Assembly: GCA_965203325.1 (NCBI GenBank)
Contig: OZ241875.1
Coordinates: forward strand, 2,656,001-2,720,000
Length of the DNA: 64,000 bases
Origin: a bacterium
GTDB taxonomy: Bacteria; UBA8248
Direction: 5' to 3'
The position numbers were made by a program, and so were the translations under genes. Every line of letters begins with the position of its first letter. The stretch's first letter is position 1. Below the pieces are notes generated by a model. That model did not search any database and was not told the origin of the DNA. It saw only the letters and a program-made list of their open reading frames with translations. Shown here piece by piece: positions 47,479 through 57,588 of the stretch.

Positions 47479-47592
47479 GACATGACCCCTTATGGGGAAG
47501 CGAATGTCCGATGCCCGGGATTTCCCTTTTTCAGTATGTCCACATTGTGCAGAAGCATGGAGCCGGGGTCAACCGGTCGTTTTCGGGGCCGG

Positions 47593-48693
47593 TTAGAGAT
47601 CGCGCCACGGCTGGAGCACGGTCTTCACCTGTTCTTCCCCGGGGAACTCCCCGCCCGTGATTCGCACGGCGCGCTCCGCCTCGGCGAGCGGGAAGCGGTG
47701 GGTCACCATCTCCGTGAAGGGATAAGGCGAGTGCGCCGCAAGGTCGAGCGCGCCCCGCACGGCGTCGCTCGTGTGGCTGTATGCGCCCTGGATGCGAATC
47801 TCGCCCCACACCAGGGGGTCGAGTTCCAGAGTCCCCTCTTTCCCGCCGGTGAGACCTGCGAGCACCACCGTGCCCATCCTCCGCACGAGCCTGGGAGCGA
47901 GTCCCGCAGCGGCGGGGTTGCCCGTCACGTCGACCACCACGTCCGCCATCCGCCCGCCCGTGAGTTCCCGGACTTCTTCTTCGGGGTCTTTTTCCTCGAT
48001 GTCGATAGCGTGGTCCGCACCGAAGCGTTTCGCCTCCTCCAGGCGCTTCGCGTCGCGCGCGAGGCCGGTGACGATCACCTGTCCCGCGCCGGTGTGCTTC
48101 GCCACCGCGCACGCGCAAAGACCCTGGGGTCCGGGACCCAGCACCACCACGGTGTCGCCGACCGAGATGCCGCCCAGGTCGTGCGCCCACCGCACCCCGT
48201 TCGCCAGCACCGCGGTGATGAGCACGGCGGATTCATCCGTAAGGCCGTCGGGCGCCTTGTGGATGCCCGCGCCCGGCGGCAGGTAGACGTATTGCCCGTA
48301 AGCGCCCCACAGGTGCGGCGGCTCCGCGCAGGAGCGCACGCTGCCGTAGACCATCGCGTCCTTGCACAGGCGGCGGTTGCCGGTGTGGCAATACCAGCAC
48401 TGGTTGCAGCCCACCTGCGCCTCCACCACGAGGCGGTCGCCCTCCTTGACGCCGAGGCGCTTTTGGACGTTCTTGCCGACCTTGGCGAGGCGGCCCACCA
48501 TCTCGTGGCCCATGATGATGGGGTAGCTCCACCGGTGGGCGACCTTGCCATTGAAATACTTGTAATCCGAGGAGCAGACGCCCACCATGTCGACGTGAAG
48601 CAGGCCTTCTTCATCGCCTATCTCGGGCAGGGGGAATTCCTGCAGGCGAATTTTACCGGGCGTCTCTACGACGGCTGAAACCTCATGCGTCAT
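47593..48693 (-). CDS. Zinc-binding alcohol dehydrogenase (MDR family)
   Basis: GVCSSD, GHE, CNQCWYC...C, GPGPQG. Confidence 0.92.
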   Translation of the reverse strand: MTHEVSAVVETPGKIRLQEFPLPEIGDEEGLLHVDMVGVCSSDYKYFNGKVAHRWSYPIIMGHEMVGRLAKVGKNVQKRLGVKEGDRLVVEAQVGCNQCWYCHTGNRRLCKDAMVYGSVRSCAEPPHLWGAYGQYVYLPPGAGIHKAPDGLTDESAVLITAVLANGVRWAHDLGGISVGDTVVVLGPGPQGLCACAVAKHTGAGQVIVTGLARDAKRLEEAKRFGADHAIDIEEKDPEEEVRELTGGRMADVVVDVTGNPAAAGLAPRLVRRMGTVVLAGLTGGKEGTLELDPLVWGEIRIQGAYSHTSDAVRGALDLAAHSPYPFTEMVTHRFPLAEAERAVRITGGEFPGEEQVKTVLQPWRDL

Positions 48694-48723
48694 GGTGGTC
48701 TCCCGTAAATCGTTTGCACAGCG

Positions 48724-49380
48724 TCAGTCGGTGTCGAACTTCTGCGCGAGGCGGGGGAAGAGGTCGCGCATGGATTCGCCCCCCGCGATGCGCCCTTTGA
48801 CTTCGTTTTCGATATCCCGAATCCGGGTGACCTGCCGCTTCACCTTTTTCAGAGCGCTTTGCGGAACGACGGCCACGCCGTCGATGTCCGCGACGACGAT
48901 GTCCCCCGGCGCCACGCGCACCCCGCAGCAGGTGACGGGCTCGTCTTTCGCCACCACTTCCAGGCGCTTCGGGAAGGCGAGGCTCCACACCGATTTGCTG
49001 AACACGGGGAAATCGAGGTCGCGCAGCGCTTCCAGGTCGCGCGTCGCGCCGTCGATCACGCAGCCGAGGGCGCCGCGCCGCTTGCAGACGCTGCTCGCGC
49101 CACCGCCCCAGACGGCCAGGGGAGAGCCCGCCGCGTCGACGACGACCACGGATCCTTCCGGCACTTCTTCCACCGCGTCATAGAGGCTGAACAGCGCCTT
49201 GGCGCCCGGGTTTCTTACGGGCGCGAACACCATGGTGGCGGCCGGCCCTGCGAACCTGGGATACGTCTCGGGCGCATTGGGCCGGGGGCCTTCCATGATG
49301 AGGTTCAGCCCCAGGGCCGTTGCGGCGTCGCCGAGCGTCGCCGTATCGACATCCGAGAAAAAAGCCGCGTCCGAATTCAT
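48724..49380 (-). CDS. RraA family / HMG aldolase-like protein
   Basis: AVWGG, DGATRD, VAPGDIVVADIDGVAVVP. Confidence 0.88.
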   Translation of the reverse strand: MNSDAAFFSDVDTATLGDAATALGLNLIMEGPRPNAPETYPRFAGPAATMVFAPVRNPGAKALFSLYDAVEEVPEGSVVVVDAAGSPLAVWGGGASSVCKRRGALGCVIDGATRDLEALRDLDFPVFSKSVWSLAFPKRLEVVAKDEPVTCCGVRVAPGDIVVADIDGVAVVPQSALKKVKRQVTRIRDIENEVKGRIAGGESMRDLFPRLAQKFDTD

Positions 49381-49469
49381 CCGGGTCTCCTTTTCGTGTT
49401 GAAGACTTGGCTGCGTGCATCCGCCATGTTCGGGATGGGGGCAGTATAATCGTTCCAGGAGAAAAATAC

Positions 49470-49556
49470 ATGAGAACTCACCAGATCACGTTCACGGTTC
49501 GGACCACGGACTCCAACACCCCCAGGAAGGGTGAACAAACCCCCCGTTCGGGCTAA
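49470..49556 (+). CDS. Putative 28-aa leader or small peptide
   Basis: TATAAT (49445), AGGAG (49457), ATG 49470; MRTHQITFTVRTTDSNTPRKGEQTPRSG. Confidence 0.35.
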   Translation: MRTHQITFTVRTTDSNTPRKGEQTPRSG

Positions 49557-49595
49557 GATGGGTTCATCGTCCAAGTCTTGTTGAACGGGAAATCC

Positions 49596-51605
49596 ATGAG
49601 CCGGGAAATCGACCCCATCACCCTGGAAGTCATCAACGAGTCCTTCGTCGCCGTCGTCCGGGAGATGCGCGCGAACATGGTGCGCACTGCGTATTCCTCC
49701 ATCATCTACGAGGGGCACGATTTCTCCTGCGTGCTCGTGGATGGGGAGGGCCAACTCGTCGCCATGGCCGAGGACAACCCCGTCCACATATTCCCCGTGC
49801 CGATGGAAGTCAGAGAAATGCTCGAGCGCTTCGGGGGCGACATCCACCCGGGCGACGCCTTCATCCACAACGATCCCTATACCGGCGGAACGCACCTGAA
49901 CGACGTGGCGATCATCTCGCCCCTGTTTCATGGCGAACGAATGGCGGTCTACCCCGTCGTCCGCGCGCACTGGGGGGACGTGGGCGGCACGACGCCGGGG
50001 AGCATTTCCGGGAAGAACACCGAAATTCTCCACGACGGGATCCGTATCCCCGTATTGCGGATCATCGAGAAAGGGGAGATCAACCAGGGGCTTCTCGACC
50101 TCCTGCTCCACAACATGCGGGTTCCCGAGGAGCGGCGCGGGGATTTTTTCGCCATGCTCGCCACCTGCCACACCGCTCACAAGCGGCTGGAGGAGTTGGC
50201 GGCGAAATACGATTGGGGCGTCATGCTCGCCGCGAAGGACCGCCTGCTCGCGCGCGCCGAGGCCTCCATGCGGCGCAGAATCGCGGCCCTGCCCGACGGG
50301 GAATCCACATATGAGCATTTCATGGATCACGACGGGCACTCGCTCGACCCCATACGCATCCGGGTGCGGGTCGAGAAAAAAGAAGATGAACTGATCGTCG
50401 ATTTTCACGGAACCGACCCCCAGACCAGAGGCGCCTACAACGTGGGCCCCGCCATGGCCCCATCCGCCGCCTTCAGCGTCATCAAGGCGTTCCTGGACCC
50501 CAGGGGCGCGATCAACCACGGGGCCTTCCGTCCGCTCGACATCCGGGTGGAGCCCGGCTCCCTGCTCTCGGCGCGATACCCCGCGAGTTGCGCGGGCTCG
50601 ATGGAGGTGAGCCACGCCGTGGTCTCCGCACTCATCGGCGCCACTGCGCGCTTCGCGTCCGATGTCGTGACGGGCGACCTCAAGGGCACGTCGAACCATG
50701 TCTACATCGGCGGGCGGGACGCGCGAAGCGGAGAGCCGTTTCTCTTCTACGAGTTTCCGGCGGGCGGCACGGGCGGCTTCGCAGAGAACGACGGCAACAA
50801 CGCGACCCGCAATTTCACGGAAGGGGATTTCGCCTCGATCCAGTCGGTCGAGGTCATCGAGCAGGGCCAGCCGCTCAAGATCAGGGAGTTGTCCCTGCGC
50901 GCGGACTCGGGTGGGGCCGGCGAGCGGCGTGGCGGCCTGGGCCTGCGCCGTGCGGTGGAAGTGCTGGCGGAGAATGCGTTGCTTTCCATCTCATCGGACA
51001 AGAACGTCATTCCGCCCTTCGGCGTTCTCGGCGGCGGGCCGGGGAAGCCCAATCGCTTCGGCGTCGCGCGGGGCGGGGAGACACTGGCGCCTTCCGGGAC
51101 GCCCGGAAAGGCGGCGGGTTTTCCGCTAGAGCGGGGCGATGTTTTCGTCATGGAGACCTCTGGAGGCGGTGGTTTCGGCGACCCGTTTCAGCGGGATATC
51201 GAGTCGGTTCTCGCCGACGTGCGCGCGGGCTACGTGACCGAAGATGGCGCGAGGGAGGATTACGCCGTCATTACTCGCGGCGGCGTCCTGGATGAGGAGG
51301 CCACGCGCGCGCATCGCCAGGCCGCCCGCGCCAAAAGGCGCGCGCTGACACTCGTTTTGAAAGACGAAGACGCCGGAAGAGATTCCCGCCGCAGGTGTTT
51401 TATGAACCGGAAAACGCTGACAGGCCGTCATCTCGAAGGAGGAAGTCTGGTCGAGTTGCGCGGAAAATGGGGGGTGCCGCTGCGCGCGTGGATCGAAGAA
51501 GACGAGGGGCTGCCCGATAACGCCGTGGGGCTGGCCGCAGACGGGGTCGCCATACTCGACGCCGAAGAGGGCGACGGTGTCTATCTGTCTCCCGTGAGCG
51601 TTTGA
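49596..51605 (+). CDS. Hydantoinase B / 5-oxoprolinase family subunit
   Basis: IDPITLEVI, HDFSC, NDPYTGGTHLND, DSGGAGERRGG, SGGGGFGDP. Confidence 0.93.
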   Translation: MSREIDPITLEVINESFVAVVREMRANMVRTAYSSIIYEGHDFSCVLVDGEGQLVAMAEDNPVHIFPVPMEVREMLERFGGDIHPGDAFIHNDPYTGGTHLNDVAIISPLFHGERMAVYPVVRAHWGDVGGTTPGSISGKNTEILHDGIRIPVLRIIEKGEINQGLLDLLLHNMRVPEERRGDFFAMLATCHTAHKRLEELAAKYDWGVMLAAKDRLLARAEASMRRRIAALPDGESTYEHFMDHDGHSLDPIRIRVRVEKKEDELIVDFHGTDPQTRGAYNVGPAMAPSAAFSVIKAFLDPRGAINHGAFRPLDIRVEPGSLLSARYPASCAGSMEVSHAVVSALIGATARFASDVVTGDLKGTSNHVYIGGRDARSGEPFLFYEFPAGGTGGFAENDGNNATRNFTEGDFASIQSVEVIEQGQPLKIRELSLRADSGGAGERRGGLGLRRAVEVLAENALLSISSDKNVIPPFGVLGGGPGKPNRFGVARGGETLAPSGTPGKAAGFPLERGDVFVMETSGGGGFGDPFQRDIESVLADVRAGYVTEDGAREDYAVITRGGVLDEEATRAHRQAARAKRRALTLVLKDEDAGRDSRRRCFMNRKTLTGRHLEGGSLVELRGKWGVPLRAWIEEDEGLPDNAVGLAADGVAILDAEEGDGVYLSPVSV

Positions 51606-51655
51606 GCGTGTTCGGGGATACCGGGAGCGCTCTATGCCATGTCCGATGTAGATGA

Positions 51656-52402
51656 TTATTGTCTTTGAAGCAGGACTTGTAAGGCCTCGGTCGACTCCCT
51701 GCCTTGCGCAACAGTTTCCCGCAGCGCTTCCCTGGACTCCCCGCCTTCTTCGATGAGTTTCCTGAAGGCTTCGCTCGATTCTCTGCGCTGCTCCCTGCCT
51801 TCCTCGATGAATTTTTTCCAGGCTTCGCCGGATTCTCTACGTTCTTTTCTGCCTTCCTCGATGAAATCTCTGAACGCCGCCCTGGACTCCCTGCTTTCTT
51901 CGATAAGCGTTCTTAATGCTTCGCTGGACTCTCTGCGCTGCTCCCTGCCTTCCTCGAAGAATTTTCTCCAGGTTTCGGCGGATTCTCTGCGTTCTTTTCT
52001 GCTTTCTTCGATAAGTGTTCTTAATGCTTCGCTGGACTCTCTACGTTCCTCCCTGCCTTCTTCGAAGAATTTTCTCCAGGTTTCACCGGATTCTTTGCGT
52101 TCTTTTCTGCCTTCCTCGATGAGTTCATTCAAACTTTCGCGGAACGCCGCTCTTGATTCCCTGCTTTCTTCTATAAGTTCTTTCAGGGTTTCGCTGGATT
52201 CTCTGCGTTGTTGTCTGCTTTGTTCAATGAGTTCGCTGAGCGCCGCGGAGTTCTCGTCCTGCTGCTTCGAGCGGACCCTGTTGCCCCAGAGCATCGCGGC
52301 GATTCCACTGCCTATCAGGAGGCATTGCAACCCCCCGACAACCGCGACAACCCAGATATTCAATTCCATTAACGCCAAAGTCGCTGCTTCAAATTCCGTC
52401 AT
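51656..52402 (-). CDS. Membrane-anchored coiled-coil protein made of 14/18-aa repeats
   Basis: N-terminal hydrophobic helix, then about 12 ES..(A/T)(L/W/F)R..(I/F)EE(S/G)R(..RR) units; GAGGAG RBS. Confidence 0.8.
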   Translation of the reverse strand: MTEFEAATLALMELNIWVVAVVGGLQCLLIGSGIAAMLWGNRVRSKQQDENSAALSELIEQSRQQRRESSETLKELIEESRESRAAFRESLNELIEEGRKERKESGETWRKFFEEGREERRESSEALRTLIEESRKERRESAETWRKFFEEGREQRRESSEALRTLIEESRESRAAFRDFIEEGRKERRESGEAWKKFIEEGREQRRESSEAFRKLIEEGGESREALRETVAQGRESTEALQVLLQRQ

Positions 52403-52678
52403 TTTTGTGCACTCCTCAAGGACTCGAATGGATGATATTCGGGTCCTCTTGAACGCTCGTGCAACAGCATCATAGCGTTTTCCGGCGATTGCCTCAACTT
52501 GATTCAGGCGGGCGTGAGGGTCTTATTCCACCGGCGAATCCGGACTGGGAGCCGCGAGTAATTCCCGAAAGAACCTTTGGGCGATTCAAGAACCGATGTA
52601 TCATCGCCGTTTGTATCTCCAAATCGATTCGTTATGAGCGCGATACTTATTGGATTTTTTCAGGGGACGGCCTGCGCA

Positions 52679-54703
52679 TTGAGTCTCGTCGGCATAGACA
52701 CCGGAGGAACCTTCACCGACCTCGTTTTCTACGATGAGAACGAGAAGCGGATAGAAGTCTCCAAAATCCCGACGCTTCGCGGAGAAGAAGACGCGGTTTT
52801 TCTCGAAGGCCTGGAGAGTCTCGACCTCTCCGCCATCGGGCGGATCACGCACGGCACCACCGTGGGCACCAACGCGATCCTGGAAGGCGCGGGCGCGCGA
52901 ACCGCGATTCTGACGACGCGCGGCTTCCGCGACGTTCTGGAGATCGGCCGAACGCAGCGCCTCGTTCCCCAGAGCCTGTTCGACCCGAAATTCGTCCGGC
53001 CCCGGCCGGTCGTCCCCCGTGAGCTGCGGCTCGAGATCGAAGAGCGCGCCCTCGCGGACGGCGGCATCGAGGTTCCGGTGGATGAAGCGGAGGTCGAGCA
53101 GCGCGCCGGGGAGCTGAGAGAACTCGGGGTGGAAGCGCTGGCCATCTGCTACCTGCACGCCTACGCCAACGGGAAGAACGAGAGGCGCACGGCGGAGTAT
53201 CTCGAGAAATTGTTGCCGGGCGTATATCTCTCGCTATCGCATGAGGTCGTGCCCGAATACCGCGAGTTCGAGCGCTTCTCCACGGCGGCCCTGAACGCCT
53301 GTCTCGGCCCCAGGATCAAGAACTACGTGGGCCGTCTGGAAGGAACGCTCAGAGAGAAGGGATGCCGCGCGCCCCTTTTCATCATGACGTCGAACGGCGG
53401 AATGCTCGACGCGGAGAGAGCAGCGCGGTTTCCCGTGCGCACGATACTCTCAGGACCCGCCGGCGGCGTCGTGGGCGGGGTGTCGGTCGCCGAGTCGCTG
53501 GGTCTCGATCACCTCATCACCTACGACATGGGCGGCACGAGCACGGACGTTTGCCTCATCCGCGACCGCAGGCCCGTCGTGAGCACGGAGAACATCATCG
53601 GCGCCTATCCGCTCAAGACCTCGCAGCTTCAGATCAACACCGTGGGCGCGGGCGGGGGGAGCATCGCCTGGTGTGATGAGGACGGCGCGCTCCATGTGGG
53701 TCCTGGGAGCGCGGGCGCGCGTCCGGGGCCGGCCTGTTACGGGTTCGGGGGCGGGGAGCCGACGGTGACGGACGCGAACGTCGCCCTCTCGCGCATCGGC
53801 CCGCGCACCCGGCTGGCCGGGGGACTCGAACTCCACCCTGAAAAGGCGGAGAGTGCCCTCGGAGCCCTGGCGGAGGAGCTTGGGATTTCAGACGCCGTCT
53901 CGATGGCGCGCGGGGTGGTCGACCTCGCCGTCATGCGGATGGTGAGTTCTATCCGCGAGATTTCCATCGAGCGCGGCTTCGACCCGAGAGAACACGCCCT
54001 GCTCGCCTACGGGGGCGCGGGGCCGCTGCACGCCGCCCTGATCGCGGGGGAACTCTCCATGAAGAGCATCGTCGTGCCGCGCTTTCCGGGGAATTTTTCC
54101 GCCGTCGGTCTCTTGATGGCGGACGCCGTCCAGGAGAACGCCGGAACGTGCTTCGTCGCTTTGGAGGATGCGCAGGAAAGCGCATTGGAGCGCATTTTCG
54201 AGAATTTGACGATTCCCTGCGCCGGGCAGTTGCGCGGGGCCGGGCTGGATGAGATCGAGACGCTCCGTTATGCGGACGTTCGCTACGTGGGACAGGCGTT
54301 TGAGCTCACGATTCCGGTTCCGGAAACGAAGGGCTGGCTGAAAGCGCTGGGCGGCGATTTCCACGCCCGCTACGAGGCGCGCTACGGGCATTGCCATCCC
54401 GGCGACCCGCTCGAGATCGTGAACCTGCGGGTGCGGGTATCCGGGGTGGTGGACAAGCTGGGGTGGGTGAAGGTGGAAAACCCCGGGGGCGGGTTGGATG
54501 ACGCGCTCGTGGAGCGAAGAAGCGTCGTGTTCGAAGAAGATGTTCCCGATTGTCCCGTCTACGAGCGCGATTCCCTGCCAACGGGCGCGGAGATTGGCGG
54601 GCCCGCCGTCATCGAGGAATACGGCTCGAATACCCTCGTGCCCCCCGGCTGGACGGCGAGGCGGGACGCTCTCGGGCATCTTCACCTGAGCGCATCGGGC
54701 TGA
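52679..54703 (+). CDS. Hydantoinase A / 5-oxoprolinase family subunit
   Basis: GIDTGGTFTD, HGTTVGTN, SGPAGG, DMGGTSTD, GAGGGSIA, PTVTDAN; TTG start inferred. Confidence 0.93.
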   Translation: MSLVGIDTGGTFTDLVFYDENEKRIEVSKIPTLRGEEDAVFLEGLESLDLSAIGRITHGTTVGTNAILEGAGARTAILTTRGFRDVLEIGRTQRLVPQSLFDPKFVRPRPVVPRELRLEIEERALADGGIEVPVDEAEVEQRAGELRELGVEALAICYLHAYANGKNERRTAEYLEKLLPGVYLSLSHEVVPEYREFERFSTAALNACLGPRIKNYVGRLEGTLREKGCRAPLFIMTSNGGMLDAERAARFPVRTILSGPAGGVVGGVSVAESLGLDHLITYDMGGTSTDVCLIRDRRPVVSTENIIGAYPLKTSQLQINTVGAGGGSIAWCDEDGALHVGPGSAGARPGPACYGFGGGEPTVTDANVALSRIGPRTRLAGGLELHPEKAESALGALAEELGISDAVSMARGVVDLAVMRMVSSIREISIERGFDPREHALLAYGGAGPLHAALIAGELSMKSIVVPRFPGNFSAVGLLMADAVQENAGTCFVALEDAQESALERIFENLTIPCAGQLRGAGLDEIETLRYADVRYVGQAFELTIPVPETKGWLKALGGDFHARYEARYGHCHPGDPLEIVNLRVRVSGVVDKLGWVKVENPGGGLDDALVERRSVVFEEDVPDCPVYERDSLPTGAEIGGPAVIEEYGSNTLVPPGWTARRDALGHLHLSASG

Positions 54704-54721
54704 TTTATCTTAAAGGTTCCC

Positions 54722-55687
54722 ATGAGCGAAGCGGTGAAATACGGATACGGCTACGGGATGCAGCCGGGGGATGTCCCCACCCACGCCGATTTTCTGGGCT
54801 TCATCGAAAAAGTCGAAAGCGCAGGCTTCGATTCTTTCTGGCTGGACGATCACATCGCGTTTCGCGGCAATTTTCTCGAAAGCTTAGCCGCCCTCGCAGC
54901 CGCTGCGGCCAGAACCGAGCGCATCACCCTGGGTAGCCTTGTTTATCTGCTGCCATTGAGGCGCCCGGCCATCGCGGCGAAGGCGGCGGCCACGGTGGAT
55001 TACCTGAGCGGGGGCGGGCGCTTCATCTTCGGCGTGGGCGTGGGAGGCGAGGAGGTGCGGGAGTTCGAGGTCTGCGGCGTGCCCAGAGCCGAGCGCGGCG
55101 CGCGGACGGATGAGGCCATCGAAATCTTGCGCAAGCTGTGGTCGGGGGAGGCGGTGAGCCACGAGGGGCGATTCTTTCGCTTCTCGGATGCGCGGCAAAG
55201 CCCCGCGCCCTTGAGCCCGGGCGGTCCGCCGATCTGGGTGGGCGGCAGGAGCGAGGCCGCGCAAAGGCGGGCCGCACTTTCGGCGGACGGCTATGCGCCC
55301 TATCTGTTTTCTCCCGCACGCTATGAGAAGGGGCTGGAGCAGGTTCGCCGCTTGGCCGCGGGGGCCGGGCGCGTGATCGATGATCCCCAAAAGCCATGGA
55401 CGCCCGCGCTTCACCTGTTCGTGAACTTGCGGGAAAAAGAGAATGATGCGCTCGACAGTGGTGCGGAAAACCTTTGCGTAAGGTATGGGATGGATATGCG
55501 CGATGCGGCGAGGAGATACCTGCTCCACGGATCGATGGCGCGTTGCGCCGAGCGAATCAACGCATTTCATGAGGCGGGCGTTCGGCACTTCATCTTCAAG
55601 GCGGCCGCGCCCGCCGGTGAGGAGGCGGAGCACATGACGCGGCTGGCCGAAGAACTCCTGCCCGAGGTGAGGCGCCATGTCGGCTGA
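54722..55687 (+). CDS. LLM-class flavin-dependent oxidoreductase
   Basis: GFDSFWLDDH, TERITLGS, GRFIFGVGVG, PPIWVGG. Confidence 0.9.
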   Translation: MSEAVKYGYGYGMQPGDVPTHADFLGFIEKVESAGFDSFWLDDHIAFRGNFLESLAALAAAAARTERITLGSLVYLLPLRRPAIAAKAAATVDYLSGGGRFIFGVGVGGEEVREFEVCGVPRAERGARTDEAIEILRKLWSGEAVSHEGRFFRFSDARQSPAPLSPGGPPIWVGGRSEAAQRRAALSADGYAPYLFSPARYEKGLEQVRRLAAGAGRVIDDPQKPWTPALHLFVNLREKENDALDSGAENLCVRYGMDMRDAARRYLLHGSMARCAERINAFHEAGVRHFIFKAAAPAGEEAEHMTRLAEELLPEVRRHVG

Positions 55688-57347
55688 GGCGAGCGGACAC
55701 GTAGATACCTTCACGCGGGACAACCTGCCGCCGGAATCCCTGTGGCCGGAGATGGACTACGGCGTCCTGCCGGAACTGGCCGCCTATCCGGCGCGGATCA
55801 ACGCAGGCGCCGCCCTTATCGACGAGATGGCCGTGGGCGCGCAGGCCGGGCGGCCCGCGATTCATTACGGCGAGGCGCTTTGGAGCTATCGCGCGCTTTT
55901 GGAGAGCGCCAACAGAATTGCTTCTGTGCTGTGCGAGCGCTTCGGCCTCGTGCCCGGAAACCGCGTTCTTCTTCGCGCCTCGAACCATCCCACCCTCGTG
56001 GCCGCGTGCCTCGGGGTGTTGAAGGCGGGCGGGGTGGTGATTCCGACCATGCCGGTGATGCGCGAGCGTGAACTGGCCTATGTGATCAAAAAGGCGAAAG
56101 TGGGCTTCGCGATTTGTGACATTCGTTTGAGTGAGGATTTACTCACCGCGGCGAAGGCTTCCGAATCACTCCAAAACGTCGTCCTGTTCGGGGGTGAGGA
56201 GCCGGGCGGCCTTGAAGCCCTGATGGCCGAAGCCTCGCCCGAATTCCAAAACGCGGACACGGCGGCGGACGACGTGGCCCTCATCGGCTTCACCTCGGGT
56301 TCGACGGGCACGCCCAAGGGCACCGTGCATTTCCACCGCGATCTGCTCGCCGTCGCGGACACGTTTCCCAAATACCTCTTCGGCCTCGGCCCCGGTGACG
56401 TGGTTTGCGGCAGCCCGCAGATCGCCTTTTTGTACGGGTTTTGCGCCTTCATCACCGACGCCCTGCGCTTCGGGGCCTCCTCGGCCCTGCTCGAGCGGGG
56501 GACGCCGCGCGATCTGCTCGAAGCCATAGATAAGTACCGGGGGACGGTGTGCTTCAGCACGCCCTCGGGCTACAAGCAGATGCTCGACATCGCGGAAGGA
56601 TACGACCTCCGCAGCCTGCGCGCCTGCATCGCGGGGGGAGAACCCCTGGAACCCTCCGTATTCCGCGAATGGCGCGAGCGAACAGGCGTCTCGATCATCA
56701 ACGGCTTGGGCATCTCGGAGCTTTTGCACATCTTCATCTCGGCGAGCGGGGAGGACATCCGCCCCGGCAGGATCGGCCGCGCCGTGCCCGGCTACGAGGT
56801 GCGCGTGGTGGATGAGGAGATGCGCGATACGCCGCCCGGCGAGGTGGGGCAGATGATCGTGAAAGGCCCCACCGGGTGCCGCTATCTCGACGACATGGAG
56901 CGGCAGCGGGGCTACGTGCGGGAGGGCTGGAACATGACGGGCGACCTCTGCCGCGTCGACGCGGAGGGGTATATCTCCTTCGAGGCGCGAACCGACGACA
57001 TGATCAATACCGGGGGGTACAACGTCTCGGGCCTCGAAGTCGAAGCCGTGCTGCTCGAACACGCAAAAGTGCGCGAGTGCGCGGTGGTCGGTTCGCCGAA
57101 CGCCGAGCGCGGGGAGATCGTAAAGGCGTTCGTCGTTCTCTCGGGCACCGCCGAAGCAGACACTGACGAAGCGCAGGACGCGCTGGTCCGGGAGCTTCAG
57201 GATTTCGTGAAGGCCCAGCTCGCGCCCTATAAATACCCGAGAGCGGTGGAGTTTTTGGAAAGCCTGCCCTTGACGGCCACGGGCAAGATACAGAGGGGCG
57301 CTCTTCGGAAGCTGGAGAAAGAGCGCGCGGGGGCCGGGGCGGGCTGA
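55677..57347 (+). CDS. abmG: Aromatic acid-CoA ligase, 2-aminobenzoate-CoA ligase-like
   Basis: GHVDTFTRDNLPP..LWP N-terminus, FTSGSTGTPKGTVHFHRD, KGPTGCRYLDD, APYKYPR. Confidence 0.75.
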   Translation: MSAEASGHVDTFTRDNLPPESLWPEMDYGVLPELAAYPARINAGAALIDEMAVGAQAGRPAIHYGEALWSYRALLESANRIASVLCERFGLVPGNRVLLRASNHPTLVAACLGVLKAGGVVIPTMPVMRERELAYVIKKAKVGFAICDIRLSEDLLTAAKASESLQNVVLFGGEEPGGLEALMAEASPEFQNADTAADDVALIGFTSGSTGTPKGTVHFHRDLLAVADTFPKYLFGLGPGDVVCGSPQIAFLYGFCAFITDALRFGASSALLERGTPRDLLEAIDKYRGTVCFSTPSGYKQMLDIAEGYDLRSLRACIAGGEPLEPSVFREWRERTGVSIINGLGISELLHIFISASGEDIRPGRIGRAVPGYEVRVVDEEMRDTPPGEVGQMIVKGPTGCRYLDDMERQRGYVREGWNMTGDLCRVDAEGYISFEARTDDMINTGGYNVSGLEVEAVLLEHAKVRECAVVGSPNAERGEIVKAFVVLSGTAEADTDEAQDALVRELQDFVKAQLAPYKYPRAVEFLESLPLTATGKIQRGALRKLEKERAGAGAG

Positions 57348-57588
57348 CGCATCGCGCAGGCTTCACCGTCGGGGCCGGATGCGCCCGGTGGTTTTTACTC
57401 AACCGGGGAAATTCCGGTAGTGTCTCCCTTTGAAAACGGGAACGTCGCGAAGGCGGGATATAAGTCTCATCAGAAGATGTCAAGACTGTATTTGAATGAT
57501 CGGTTTAATTTTCTCTACCCACCAAGGGGTTTTTGAAAAAGTCGTCCTCCTCAGGGAATAAAGGCAACCCCCCCTACCCCCCCTTGAC

